From positions 32,001 to 96,000 of the forward strand of contig CAVPZX010000005.1 in assembly GCA_963710375.1 (NCBI GenBank): a DNA stretch of 64,000 bases. The letters run 5' to 3'. Made by a program: the position numbers and the translations under genes. The DNA comes from Nitrospirota bacterium. GTDB lineage: Bacteria > Nitrospirota > Thermodesulfovibrionia > Thermodesulfovibrionales > Dissulfurispiraceae. The notes below the pieces were generated by a model. It was not told where the DNA came from, made no database searches, and saw nothing but the letters and a program-made list of their open reading frames with translations. Position 1 is the stretch's first letter; each line of letters begins with the position of its first letter. Shown here piece by piece: positions 48,417 through 58,892 of this stretch.

Positions 48417-49412
48417 ATGCCGCAGGGCGCAGCAATAAAGAGCAAAGTATCAGGACAACTGGTCGTGCCGGTATTTATTGCAACCGGGTTTGCCGCCTCT
48501 TTTGCCATTCCGTATTTCCACCTCCTGAACGAGTATGTTCAGCTCATCCTTATGTACATGGGCATTAATATCATACTTGCCCTGAGTCTCAATCTTGTCA
48601 ACGGTTATATGGGCGAATTTTCCGTGGGGCATGCCGGATTCATGTCGGCAGGGGCATATATCGCTTCGGTTCTCACCGTTAAAGTCTTCCCTCCCGGTAC
48701 AGAGGCATTGCTGTTCCCTTTGGCAGTCATTGCCGGCGGGACCGGGGCAGCGCTCCTGGGCCTGATCGTAGCAATTCCATCATTCAGAACACGTGGGGAT
48801 TATCTTGCCATTGTAACACTCGCTTTTGTAATGATTGTAAAGTCGGCCCTTGAGAATATCGATGCTGTCGGCGGAGCCCGCGGTTTTCTTGGAATGAGCA
48901 AGATAACCACTTTGCCGTGGGTTTTCTTCTGGATGGTTTTGACAGTCTGGATTATCAGAAATTTTATTTACTCGAATTATGGCAGGGGGGTGCTTTCTAT
49001 CCGTGAAGACGAGATAGCAAGCGGCCTTATGAGCGTTAACACACGGCAGGTCAAACTCCTTGCATTCACGGTTTCATCATTCTTCGCAGGTGTGGCAGGC
49101 GCGCTGTTCGCCCATGTCCTGCAGTTCATAAACCCCCGCATGTTCGATATAATCAAATCGACCGACATGCTCGTAATGGTATATCTGGGCGGCATAGGTT
49201 CCATTGCCGGCTCTATACTCGGGGCTTCTGCCTTTACTGTTCTTCTGGAAATATTGAGACCGCTTCAGGTATGGCGTATGGTGCTTATGCCCCTGATGCT
49301 CGTTCTTTTAATGATATTCCGTCCTCGTGGAATCATGGGATTGCGTGAGGTTCCATTGTTTGTTCCTTTATCTGACAGGTTAAACAGTACTGATAAAGAG
49401 AAGCCTGTATGA
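48417..49412 (+). CDS. livM: branched-chain amino acid ABC permease
   Basis: 'RGDYLAIVTLAF', 'SIREDEIA'. Confidence 0.9.
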   Translation: MPQGAAIKSKVSGQLVVPVFIATGFAASFAIPYFHLLNEYVQLILMYMGINIILALSLNLVNGYMGEFSVGHAGFMSAGAYIASVLTVKVFPPGTEALLFPLAVIAGGTGAALLGLIVAIPSFRTRGDYLAIVTLAFVMIVKSALENIDAVGGARGFLGMSKITTLPWVFFWMVLTVWIIRNFIYSNYGRGVLSIREDEIASGLMSVNTRQVKLLAFTVSSFFAGVAGALFAHVLQFINPRMFDIIKSTDMLVMVYLGGIGSIAGSILGASAFTVLLEILRPLQVWRMVLMPLMLVLLMIFRPRGIMGLREVPLFVPLSDRLNSTDKEKPV

Positions 49413-50179
49413 CGCTGCTAAAGGCAAACAGTGTCACACATTATTTCGGCGGACTTTGCGCAGTATCGGATTTTAATTTAGAACTCAGGCGCGGTGAACT
49501 GCTTGGAATAATCGGCCCCAACGGAGCAGGCAAAACAACGGTGTTCAATATAATAACCGGCGTTTATCGTGCTGCCGAAGGGAGTATTTCTTTTGACGGT
49601 ACGGAGATCATCGGCAAAACGCCCGACCGTATCGCCGCTCTGGGTATTGCACGGACTTTCCAGAACATCAGGCTTTTTAACGAGCTTCCCGTGCTTGATA
49701 ACATACGTATTGCCCATTATGGGGGATCCGTCTACAGCCCTTTTGAGGCCTTGTTTCATACAGGGCGCTACAAAGCTGAGGAAAGACGCATAAGGGAACA
49801 CTCAATGGAACTGCTGTCCCTTTTTAAAATGGACAGCCTCGCTGATACGACAGCTAAGAATTTGCCTTACGGGCAGCAAAGAAGACTTGAGATAGTCAGG
49901 GCCCTTGCTACAGGCCCGTTATTGCTGCTCCTCGACGAGCCTGCCGCTGGCATGAATCCCCGCGAGGTCGATCAATTGACAGACTTTATCCATTGGATAC
50001 GGGACAAATTCAAACTCACCATTATCCTTATAGAGCACCAGATGCGCCTCGCCATGGGCATATGTGAGAGGCTCATGGTGCTGGATTTCGGGGCTGTCAT
50101 AGCTGTGGGCCCACCGGCAATGATACAAAAAGATCCAGGGGTGCTGGAAGCCTATCTTGGAGAAAAGGTTCAGGAATGA
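49409..50179 (+). CDS. livG: branched-chain amino acid ABC ATPase
   Basis: 'GPNGAGKTT', '[11 protein letters not shown]', 'LDEPAAGMN'. Confidence 0.9.
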   Translation: MTLLKANSVTHYFGGLCAVSDFNLELRRGELLGIIGPNGAGKTTVFNIITGVYRAAEGSISFDGTEIIGKTPDRIAALGIARTFQNIRLFNELPVLDNIRIAHYGGSVYSPFEALFHTGRYKAEERRIREHSMELLSLFKMDSLADTTAKNLPYGQQRRLEIVRALATGPLLLLLDEPAAGMNPREVDQLTDFIHWIRDKFKLTIILIEHQMRLAMGICERLMVLDFGAVIAVGPPAMIQKDPGVLEAYLGEKVQE

Positions 50180-50892
50180 GTACAAAAGAGGGGATGCTTG
50201 AGGTCAGGGATCTTGCGGTACAGTATGGCGCCATCAGCGCGGTAAAAGGGATTTCATTTGGAGTGCATGCTGGTGAAATAGTTACGCTTATCGGCGCAAA
50301 CGGAGCAGGAAAGACATCGGCGCTGAATGCCATTTCAGGTACGGTATCTTACACCGGCACTATATTTTACAAGGGTCAAAACCTGAGGGGCGTCCCTCCC
50401 CATAGGATCGTTGCTATGGGGATTGCCCACGTGCCGGAAGGCCGCGGTATCTTCGGAAATCTTACGGTCATGGAAAACCTCAGGATTGCCACATGGCAGC
50501 GCAAAGACAAGGCCGGGGTCAGGAATGATTTCCAGCGGGTCTTTGAGTTCTTTCCGCGCCTAAAGGAACGCGTGAATCAACCTGGCGGTACTCTCTCCGG
50601 CGGAGAGCAGCAGATGCTGGCAGTTGCAAGGGCCCTGATGAGCAACGGAACTATGCTGGTCCTTGATGAACCATCAATGGGCCTGTCCCCATTGATGGTC
50701 CAGGAAATTATGAATATCCTTTCGAGGATAAATAAAGAAGGGACCACTATCCTGCTTGTTGAACAGAATGCAAATATGGCCCTGCATATTGCATCCCGCG
50801 GGTATGTGCTCGAGACCGGAATCATCACTCTCTCGGGCACCGGACAGGAATTGAGAGGGAACCCCCTTGTCAGAGAGGCTTATCTAGGTTAG
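50176..50892 (+). CDS. livF: branched-chain amino acid ABC ATPase
   Basis: 'GANGAGKT', 'LSGGEQQM', 'LDEPSMGL'. Confidence 0.9.
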   Translation: MSTKEGMLEVRDLAVQYGAISAVKGISFGVHAGEIVTLIGANGAGKTSALNAISGTVSYTGTIFYKGQNLRGVPPHRIVAMGIAHVPEGRGIFGNLTVMENLRIATWQRKDKAGVRNDFQRVFEFFPRLKERVNQPGGTLSGGEQQMLAVARALMSNGTMLVLDEPSMGLSPLMVQEIMNILSRINKEGTTILLVEQNANMALHIASRGYVLETGIITLSGTGQELRGNPLVREAYLG

Positions 50893-50912
50893 GGCTGCAT
50901 ATCAAACTGTTT

Positions 50913-51084
50913 GGTAGTGGGCCAGTTTGCTTTTTGCTCTGTATCAATTAGCCGTTCAATTCAATCACTGGCCTGTATTGAGCATTACCTGTGGTCGCCA
51001 CTTCTATATATGCGGGCTCGGCGTTACTCGCCCACTATTGATAACCCAGGTGATACAGAGCAAAAAGCAAACTGGCCCACTACC
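50913..51084. mobile_element. 172-bp MITE with perfect 34-bp TIRs and 8-bp target duplication
   Basis: ggtagtgggccagtttgctttttgctctgtatca (50913-50946) and its exact complement (51051-51084); aactgttt on both flanks. Confidence 0.85.
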
Positions 51085-51094
51085 AACTGTTTTG

Positions 51095-52123
51095 TCAATA
51101 AGCCTCCTTATCACTCATAATCTCGTCGGCAGCAATGGGATGTCTGAAAATCCAGTATATCCAGACCTGATATGCGATCACCACAGGGACGAATATCAAT
51201 GCCACAACTGTCATTATCTTCAGTGTGTATATGCTGGATGACGAGTTGAAGATGGTCAGGCTGTATTTCGGGTCCATGCTGGAAGGAATAAGATTTGGGT
51301 AAAGCCCTATCACGCCGGTAAATGTAACCATAACGATAGTGATGCATGATGCATAAAACGCCGCTAAATACTGCCCTCTGGCGCCGAACACCTTTATGCC
51401 CAGTAGGGCCAGCACAGCCAGGAGCGGGACTGCGAGCCAGATGATGTTGCCAAAAAAGTTCGCGTAAAGGTTGGTTGCAAAATAGGTAAAGATCAGAAAT
51501 GACACAGCCACAACAAGCAGCGGAAACCACAGCTTGTTTGAAAGCTTTCCAGCCCTTTCACTGAGATTGTCCTTAGTCTTTACAGCAAGCCAGAGTGCGC
51601 CATGTTCAATAAAGAGAAGTACAAAAAACACCCCTGTAAGCAGTCCATAGGGGTTCAGCAGGGTGAAGAGCGTCCCATGGTATCCGCTGCCGTCCATAGG
51701 CAGGCCCTGAAAGATATTGCCAAAGGCGACTCCGAAAAGGAGAGCAGGCAGAAAGCTTCCAAGGAATATAGCCACATCCCATGAGTTTTCCCATGCCGGG
51801 CTGCCGCCCTTTCCCCTGAATTCAAAAGCCACGCCCCTGAATATCAGGGCGAAAAGTATTAACAGCAGTGCCGAATAGAGATAACTGAACATGAGCGCAT
51901 AGGTAGTCGGGAAAGCTGCAAACGTTGCTCCCCCTGCCGTAATAAGCCACACCTCGTTGCCGTCCCATACAGGCCCTATGCTGTTTATGATTACCCGCTT
52001 TTCGGCATTGTCCCTTCCGAGAAAGCGCTGCAGCATTCCTGCTCCGAAATCAAAGCCGTCAAGCATAAAATAAACCGCCCAGAGCACTCCCCATAGAATA
52101 AACCATATTATCTGGAATTGCAT
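51095..52123 (-). CDS. cydB: cytochrome bd oxidase subunit II
   Basis: 'LDGFDFG', 'PVWDGNEVWLI'. Confidence 0.95.
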   Translation of the reverse strand: MQFQIIWFILWGVLWAVYFMLDGFDFGAGMLQRFLGRDNAEKRVIINSIGPVWDGNEVWLITAGGATFAAFPTTYALMFSYLYSALLLILFALIFRGVAFEFRGKGGSPAWENSWDVAIFLGSFLPALLFGVAFGNIFQGLPMDGSGYHGTLFTLLNPYGLLTGVFFVLLFIEHGALWLAVKTKDNLSERAGKLSNKLWFPLLVVAVSFLIFTYFATNLYANFFGNIIWLAVPLLAVLALLGIKVFGARGQYLAAFYASCITIVMVTFTGVIGLYPNLIPSSMDPKYSLTIFNSSSSIYTLKIMTVVALIFVPVVIAYQVWIYWIFRHPIAADEIMSDKEAY

Positions 52124-52124
52124 C

Positions 52125-53477
52125 TCACACCCCCTGCGTTCTTGAAGACGCTATGAGTACCGACAAGTCATCGTCAGGACCTTTTTTTGCAAATTTGGCC
52201 AGCAAATATATGTCCACAACTGCCAGAAGGCCGTATAACAGTGTAAATCCGATAAGCGACGCCCAGACCTGGACAGGTGATACGGTCTTTGAAACCGCGT
52301 CCGATGTTTTCAATACGCCGTAAACAATCCAGGGCTGCCTGCCTACCTCTGCAACAATCCACCCCAATTGGCCCGCAACATAGGGCAGAAACATTGCAAA
52401 GAACATAAGTTTGAGGAAAGCGTGGCTGCTCTCTAATTTGTCCCGGCGCGCGGTAATCCAAGCAACTAACGAAAGGAGTATGAATAACATGCCGAGACCA
52501 GCCATTGCCTTGAAGCTTAAAAAAGTGGGCAGGATAGGCGGCCTGTCCTCTTTTTTAAATTCTTTGAGTCCCTTTATTTCGGCCCCGCTGTCATGGAAAG
52601 CGAGAAAACTGAGCAGACCAGGTATCCCTGCAGCTTCTATGCCGTTCTTTTCATTAGCAACATCAGGCAGCACAATAAGATTGAGTTGAGCAGTTTTTTG
52701 CGTGTTCCAGACTGATTCCATGGCAGCAAATTTAGCCGGTTGTGTTGCGGCAACATTCGCTGCATGGAAATCACCGACGACCAGGACCAGCAGGGAGCAT
52801 GCCAGGCCGAAGGCGGCAGCCATTCTGAAAGAGGCCTTGAAAAACGGTACGCTGCTTTTTTTAAGTAAATGCCAGGATGATATCCCCATGACAAAAAATG
52901 CAGCAATAACATAGCCGGAAAATAGTGTGTGAAAAAACTTGATAATGCCGTAGCTATTGGTAAGCAGCGCCATAAAATCTACCATTTCAGCCCTGCCGTT
53001 TCTCAAAACATACCCGACCGGGTGCTGCATCCAGCCGTTGGCAAGGAGTATCCACAGCGCGGACATGTTCGTTGCAATAGCCACCAGCCATATTGAAAGG
53101 GCGTGGACTTTCTTCGAGACCCTGTTCCAGCCGAAAATCCATACCCCTATAAAAGAGGATTCCAGAAAGAATGCTACAGTAGCCTCTATGGCCAGGGGCG
53201 CGCCGAAAATATCTCCAACATATTTTGAATACTCCGCCCAGTTCATGCCGAACTGGAACTCCATCGTGATGCCGGTCACTACGCCGAGGGCAAAATTAAT
53301 AAGAAAAAGTTTCCCCCAGAATTTCGTCATCTTAAGATACATTGCATCGTTTGTAATGACATACCGGCTTTCCATGAACGCCACCAAGATTGAAAGTCCA
53401 AGGGTGAGCGGCACAAAGATAAAATGAAACATCGCAGTCACCGCAAACTGCAGCCTGCTTAACGCCAGGGCATCCAT
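52125..53477 (-). CDS. cydA: cytochrome bd oxidase subunit I
   Basis: 'SRLQFA...FHFIFVP', 'EFQFG', 'QPAKFAAME', 'EVGRQPW'. Confidence 0.95.
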   Translation of the reverse strand: MDALALSRLQFAVTAMFHFIFVPLTLGLSILVAFMESRYVITNDAMYLKMTKFWGKLFLINFALGVVTGITMEFQFGMNWAEYSKYVGDIFGAPLAIEATVAFFLESSFIGVWIFGWNRVSKKVHALSIWLVAIATNMSALWILLANGWMQHPVGYVLRNGRAEMVDFMALLTNSYGIIKFFHTLFSGYVIAAFFVMGISSWHLLKKSSVPFFKASFRMAAAFGLACSLLVLVVGDFHAANVAATQPAKFAAMESVWNTQKTAQLNLIVLPDVANEKNGIEAAGIPGLLSFLAFHDSGAEIKGLKEFKKEDRPPILPTFLSFKAMAGLGMLFILLSLVAWITARRDKLESSHAFLKLMFFAMFLPYVAGQLGWIVAEVGRQPWIVYGVLKTSDAVSKTVSPVQVWASLIGFTLLYGLLAVVDIYLLAKFAKKGPDDDLSVLIASSRTQGV

Positions 53478-53729
53478 AACCTCTCTCCTCCTTCCCAATA
53501 ACCTGCCTGTTTTGGGTTATATTTTAAGGTTTAAACATCCTGCCTTGAGGCAAACCACGATATTCCTAATTGTACTGCAATAATCTCTCACTGACAATCT
53601 TGGTTCTCTAATTAGGTTCGAAGAGGGCGTCGTTTTCATACAGGATTAATATTATCCTGTTTTAAAAATAATGTCAAGGATTTTTTTCTGTCAGGGGAAA
53701 TTCCTCTGATTTTTCAGAAGGGGAAAAGG

Positions 53730-54533
53730 CTAATTGCCCTTTTTTGCCGGATGGATGGCCAGGCAATCATACACGACTCTTTCACCTTGATAGTTGGTGC
53801 TGCCCCTGCGAACAATCCTCCATCCCTTCAGTTCGTGCCAGCTCTTATCGGCAATTGCAGGGGCCAATGTTTCATCGTCTTTTGTCAGGTCGGCCAGTTC
53901 CCGGCTCTGTGTCAGAACTACAGTCCTGATCCCTGTACCGGCGATAATCATCATGGGCTCAATCACCATGTTTTCGAGTTCGAGCATCATTGCAGGAGCT
54001 GCAACTGCGCGCGCTTTCAACTGGATCATCCGCGCGCGGGTATCGGTGCCAGACTCTTCCATGGCAAAATGCGCCATATCCAGCAGCCTCAGACGGACGG
54101 CATTCAAATCCTCTATCTGTTCAAGTCTTTTGCATTCCGGATGGCTCCCGATCACTTTGACGAGTGTCGAAATTTCTTTTAAATAAGGGGTCCGCTGGTT
54201 GTCCGGGACCAGGAACATAATGACCACACGCACAAGCGGCTCGCCCGGTTTCCCGTAATCCATGCCCTGAGGACACCATCCGATAGCACAAAGCAATTCG
54301 CCATCGAAAGCAACAGGCGCATGGGGGCAAGCCCATCCGGATCCCAGAGATGTGTTGGAGACGCTCTCACGGGCCATAACAGCTCCCACGATGTCGGTCC
54401 CTGCTGGGACAGAGGGGACTGCTTCCAGGAGGCTCGCCAGGACCTCAAGGGCATCTTTTTTGTTGTAGTCAGACAGTTCGATCAACCGGCCATCTTCCAG
54501 CGCCTGAAGGATAGTATTCAGCATTTCAATCAC
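53730..54533 (-). CDS. PTS EIIA-like domain protein
   Basis: 'RESVSNTSLGSGWACPHA' EIIA motif; overlaps the mgtA stop. Confidence 0.7.
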   Translation of the reverse strand: MIEMLNTILQALEDGRLIELSDYNKKDALEVLASLLEAVPSVPAGTDIVGAVMARESVSNTSLGSGWACPHAPVAFDGELLCAIGWCPQGMDYGKPGEPLVRVVIMFLVPDNQRTPYLKEISTLVKVIGSHPECKRLEQIEDLNAVRLRLLDMAHFAMEESGTDTRARMIQLKARAVAAPAMMLELENMVIEPMMIIAGTGIRTVVLTQSRELADLTKDDETLAPAIADKSWHELKGWRIVRRGSTNYQGERVVYDCLAIHPAKKGN

Positions 54534-57186
54534 CTCCGAATCGTTTGTAGAACCACTGCTTTACGATATGCGTCAACACACTGTATGTCAGGAGAAACAA
54601 CGCGATCCATCCCCAGTAAATCAGTGGCAGAGGGACAAAGCCGAAGGTCCTGGCAAAGGGAGAATAAGGCAACCAGGCTCCGATGGCCATAACGCAGAGG
54701 GTGGTTAGCGTCATAGGCATGGAAGCGCGGCTCTGGATAAAGGGTATGCGTTTGGTGCGGATGATGTGGACGATAAGTGTCTGCGTCAGCAGCGACTCAA
54801 CAAACCACCCTGTCTGGAAGAGTGTCGCGTGCATCTCCCGGCTGGCAGCTGTCTGTGACATGTCAAGAAAGGCCCGGCAATTAAAAAAGAACCACATCAG
54901 CCCGAATGTCGCGTAGTCAAAAATCGAACTGATCGGTCCGATGAAGATCATGAACCATTTAATGTTCGTAATATCCCATTTGCGGGGCCGCACAATCAGT
55001 TCCTCGTCCACATTATCAGCCGGTATCCCGGTCTGGGAGAAGTCATAGAGGAGGTTGTTTAACAGAATCTGGATGGGCAGCATCGGCAGGAACGGAAGCA
55101 GGTAGCTGGCGCCCAGCACGCTGAACATGTTGCCGAAATTGGAGCTGGCGCCCATGCGTATGTACTTTATAATATTGGAGAAAACTTTTCGTCCCTCGAG
55201 AATGCCGTCCCCGAGAACGAGCAGGCTTTTTTCAAGGAGCACGATGTCGGCGGATTCCTTTGCCACATCTACCGCAGAGTCCACAGAAATACCAACGTCG
55301 GCTGCATGCAGGGCCGGCGCATCATTGATTCCGTCACCCATGTAGCCAACGACATGCCCGCTCTTGCGCAGCGACTCGATCACCCGCTCCTTTTGAAAAG
55401 GTGACAGCTTCACCAGCGCATTGGCCTCGAAAGCGGTCTGTGAAAACTCTTCAGGGCTCATGCGATCCAAATCTTCACCTGAAACAATGCGATGTATATC
55501 CAATCCAACATCGCGGCAGATTTTTCCGGTAACGAGAGCGTTGTCGCCTGTGAGAATCTTGATCTGCACCCCGGTATCCCTCAGCAGCGTGATCGCCTTG
55601 GCAGCAGAGTCCTTGGGAGGATCGAGGAAGGCTATGTACCCGAGGAGGATGAGACCGGATTCATCCTGGGTTGTGAACCGCGTCTGCTCTCTGGGGAACT
55701 CCCTATAGGCGATCGCGAGGCATCGGTAGCCCTGGTTGTTTAAAAGGGCGACTTCTTCAAAAAGATCATCCTTGATCATGTCGAGCAGGGGATAAATCTC
55801 ATCATCCAGCCTGGTAGTGACTGCAGCAGGTATATACCTCTTCGACCGCTCCCTTGCAGATAAGGACATGGTCGCCTTCAAACTCGACTACTACGGACAT
55901 GCGCCTGCGCTGAAAATCAAAGGGCAGTTCATCGACCAGGCGACAATCGTCCTCGACATCGAACTCCCGATGAGTTAGGACGGCCCTGTCCAGCAGGTTG
56001 CGGAGGCCTGTCTGGTAATAGCTGTTCAGGTAAGCGTAGCGCAGAACGCTTTCGCTCTTCTCCCCGGTGACATCCACGTGTTTTTCAAGTATTACGATAT
56101 CCTGGGTCAGCGTACCTGTTTTGTCTGTGCAGAGTATATCGATAGCACCGAAATTCTGAATAGCGGAAAGCTGTTTGACGATGACTTTTTTCCGTGACAT
56201 GGCAATAGCGCCCTTGGCCAGGTTCACAGTGACGATCATAGGCAGCATTTCCGGAGTCAGGCCCACTGCTACTGCGAGGCCGAAAAGGAGGGCTTCCAGC
56301 CAATTCCCCTTAGTTAATCCGACGATCAGGAAGACAATGGAAACCATTACCACCATAAACCTGATCATAAGCCATGTGAAGGAGCGCACTCCTTTGTCGA
56401 AACTGGTCTGTATGCCGGTGCCCGCAAGCCGTTCGGCTATGGCCCCGAAAAATGTCCGGTTCCCGGTGTTCACAACGAGCCCGCGAGCTGACCCGCTGCT
56501 CACGCTGCTGCCCTGAAAACACGCGTTCCCCATTTCGAGCAAGGGCCTCCCCCCGTTGGCTGAGGCTTCTGCGTTCTTTTCGACAGGCATGGACTCGCCG
56601 GTCAGGGCCGACTGGCTGACAAAGAAATCCCTGGCTGAAAGCAGGCGCAAATCGGCTGGTATGATTGACCCCGCATGAAGGACCACGATATCGCCGGGAA
56701 CCAGGTCCTCCAAAGGAAGCTCAGTCTCTGTGCCGCCTCTCAAAACTGCGGCGCGTGATTCTACACGTCTGCCAAGAGCTTCGACCGCAAGGGTTGAACG
56801 CCGGTCAAGGACATACGACAACCCAACGCTCAACACGATCATGGCGCAGACAATAAGCGCTGAAATAGCATCTCCCGTCGCACCCGAGATGATCGCGATG
56901 ACGAGAAGCTGGATAACAAGAGGGCTCCTGAACCGCCGCAGTATGTCCTGGAAAAAGTTCAGGCGCCTGGCATGGGATATCTCGTTGGGGCCATACTCCT
57001 CCAACCTCTAGAGGCTTCTTCCGCGCCGAGTCCCTGCTCGCTGCTGCTCATTATTTGCAAAGCCTGGACCGCCGGGGCTGTACAGACTTCCATCAGCCGG
57101 CTTTCCTCTATGGTACGGGCGTGAGGGGTGCTCGCTTCATTGCGGATGGAAGAGGGCATGAAGAAGTTGTAAAGGAATTTAAACAT
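54526..57186 (-). pseudogene. mgtA: Mg2+-transporting P-type ATPase split by two frameshifts
   Basis: 'LTGES', 'PEMLP', 'DKTGTLT', 'GDGINDAP' spread over three ORFs; shifts near 57010 and 55812. Confidence 0.85.
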
Positions 57187-57290
57187 GATAGCCTACTGTT
57201 GCTGGAACAAAAACTTGGTTTTTCATGATTTACCTCCATAACAAAGCCGCAAATGTTAGGGCGGCCGGAGGCGAATCACTCAAAAATAGA

Positions 57291-57416
57291 TCAGATGAGG
57301 GACTGGCTTAACACGGCAGCCGCATGAAAGGACCGATGCGGATCAGGTTCTTCCTGTTCATTTTGATTCATGGTTTTACTAATACACTGGCTACTACTGC
57401 CATCGGGGCTACCCAT
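57291..57416 (-). CDS. candidate mgtA leader peptide (41 aa)
   Basis: GGAGG RBS; MGSPDGSSSQCISKTMNQNEQEEPDPHRSFHAAAVLSQSLI. Confidence 0.35.
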   Translation of the reverse strand: MGSPDGSSSQCISKTMNQNEQEEPDPHRSFHAAAVLSQSLI

Positions 57417-57560
57417 ATTCCCTCCTGTTTTGTTTTTTTCCGGGCAGACAATCTTCACTAAAACTTTAAAAGTTTATACTATCCCTTCGGTTTTTGTAAA
57501 GGAACAAAGCCTAAATTTTAGGCAAGTAATGAAATGACACAAAAGCTATTTATTTTCCAA

Positions 57561-58331
57561 TTACTTCAAAAGTTCCATTATATTTGCTTCTTCTACGCCC
57601 GCAACCATTTGCCCTTTGTCATTAATAAGTGTTGGCGTCCCATTTATGCCCATTTTATCTATAAGGGCAATACTCTTTTGGAGAGTATTCTCCGCTTCAG
57701 TTTTGTCTTTCCCCTTGCAAGTTTCTTCTTTATATTCATTATTAAGATATTGTTCGTAGGAAATCCTGTTGCAAATGGCGACTATTGTCTTTCCTTTGGC
57801 ATTAGGGTGCATTGGCAAGGGGAACCAAACTACCCGGATCTCAAAGTTCAGCTTATCAGCAATTTTTTTCAGGTTCCCCTTTGCACGTTCGCAGAAAGGG
57901 CAGTCAGGATCCGTAACGAGGTACAAATACTTTGTTGCTTTTGCCGGAGAGTATCGTGTTATAACCACTCCCGGTAGTTCTTTAAGAATTGCCTGTACTT
58001 TTTCCTCATGTTTCTTTACTAATTCCGGAGCATATTTAGTTTCGAACTCCTTATACGGCTCCTCAACCGCCACTCCATTTTTAAACATGGGCCCAGGGAA
58101 GGCTATACCATTCTTATGGTAGAGCACTACGACCCTCCCGTGGGTGTCTACCCCCAGAATTTCACAGTACCCTTCAACACTCTTCTCTTGCAGCACCGTG
58201 ATAGTTTTGCTAATCTTGTCGACAAGCGCCTGTCCGTTGTTGCATACAGTGTTTTGCTCAGCAGCAAAAACCATGTTGCTAAAAGCGATTAATGTTAATA
58301 TCGATGCTATACATATGAAAGTTTTCAGCAC
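57561..58331 (-). CDS. DsbC/DsbG-like thioredoxin-fold periplasmic protein
   Basis: Signal peptide, 'TDPDCPFC', 'PLPMHP', 'GINGTPT'. Confidence 0.8.
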   Translation of the reverse strand: MLKTFICIASILTLIAFSNMVFAAEQNTVCNNGQALVDKISKTITVLQEKSVEGYCEILGVDTHGRVVVLYHKNGIAFPGPMFKNGVAVEEPYKEFETKYAPELVKKHEEKVQAILKELPGVVITRYSPAKATKYLYLVTDPDCPFCERAKGNLKKIADKLNFEIRVVWFPLPMHPNAKGKTIVAICNRISYEQYLNNEYKEETCKGKDKTEAENTLQKSIALIDKMGINGTPTLINDKGQMVAGVEEANIMELLK

Positions 58332-58484
58332 GTTCTCTCCTTTGTATCGTTATTTTTTTATCATTTGACTCAATAACAACGTTTTCCGCAAAATCATCCT
58401 TAGAAAAGTCTATGCTTTGTAGTTCTTCCAAAAGGACTTCCAAATTGAATATTTTAGATTACCACAAAAAAACGGCTATGACAA

Positions 58485-58820
58485 TTATTTCCTGAGATAA
58501 TCCGCGAGAAGCCCTCTGCTATGCTCGTCATCATGGCAATAGATACAAAGATTCTCCCAGTTGGAGCCGTCGGCAGGGTTATTCCGGTGATTGCCGTCTT
58601 TGTGGTGCACTGTTAGGAGATGACGGCTCTTGGTATCGAACTCCCTGCCGCATTTGGCGCAGATGAGGCCATGGATTTTCAGGGATTGTTCCCTGTAATT
58701 TGAGGCTGAAACGCTACCTTCCTTCAACTCTCTGATAATTTCAGCAGCGCTCTTGACCTCCCCCGGCTTTTTAGGCTGAGGCTTTCTGAATTGTGTCCGT
58801 TGCCTGCCCCCCAAACTCAT
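58485..58820 (-). CDS. yajD: YajD-family HNH nuclease
   Basis: 'YREQSLKI...CAKCGREF...LTVHHKDGNH...NWENLCIYCHDDEH'. Confidence 0.8.
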   Translation of the reverse strand: MSLGGRQRTQFRKPQPKKPGEVKSAAEIIRELKEGSVSASNYREQSLKIHGLICAKCGREFDTKSRHLLTVHHKDGNHRNNPADGSNWENLCIYCHDDEHSRGLLADYLRK

Positions 58821-58892
58821 CTCCTGTATGATAGCGTTGTTTTATTATAACCGATATAGTAAGGTAAAATAAAAAGAAGGACGGAAACAATT

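Noticed and set aside
57230..57480. M-box (ykoK) riboswitch upstream of mgtA
   Set aside because: Consensus not recognisable by eye; an Infernal search would be needed
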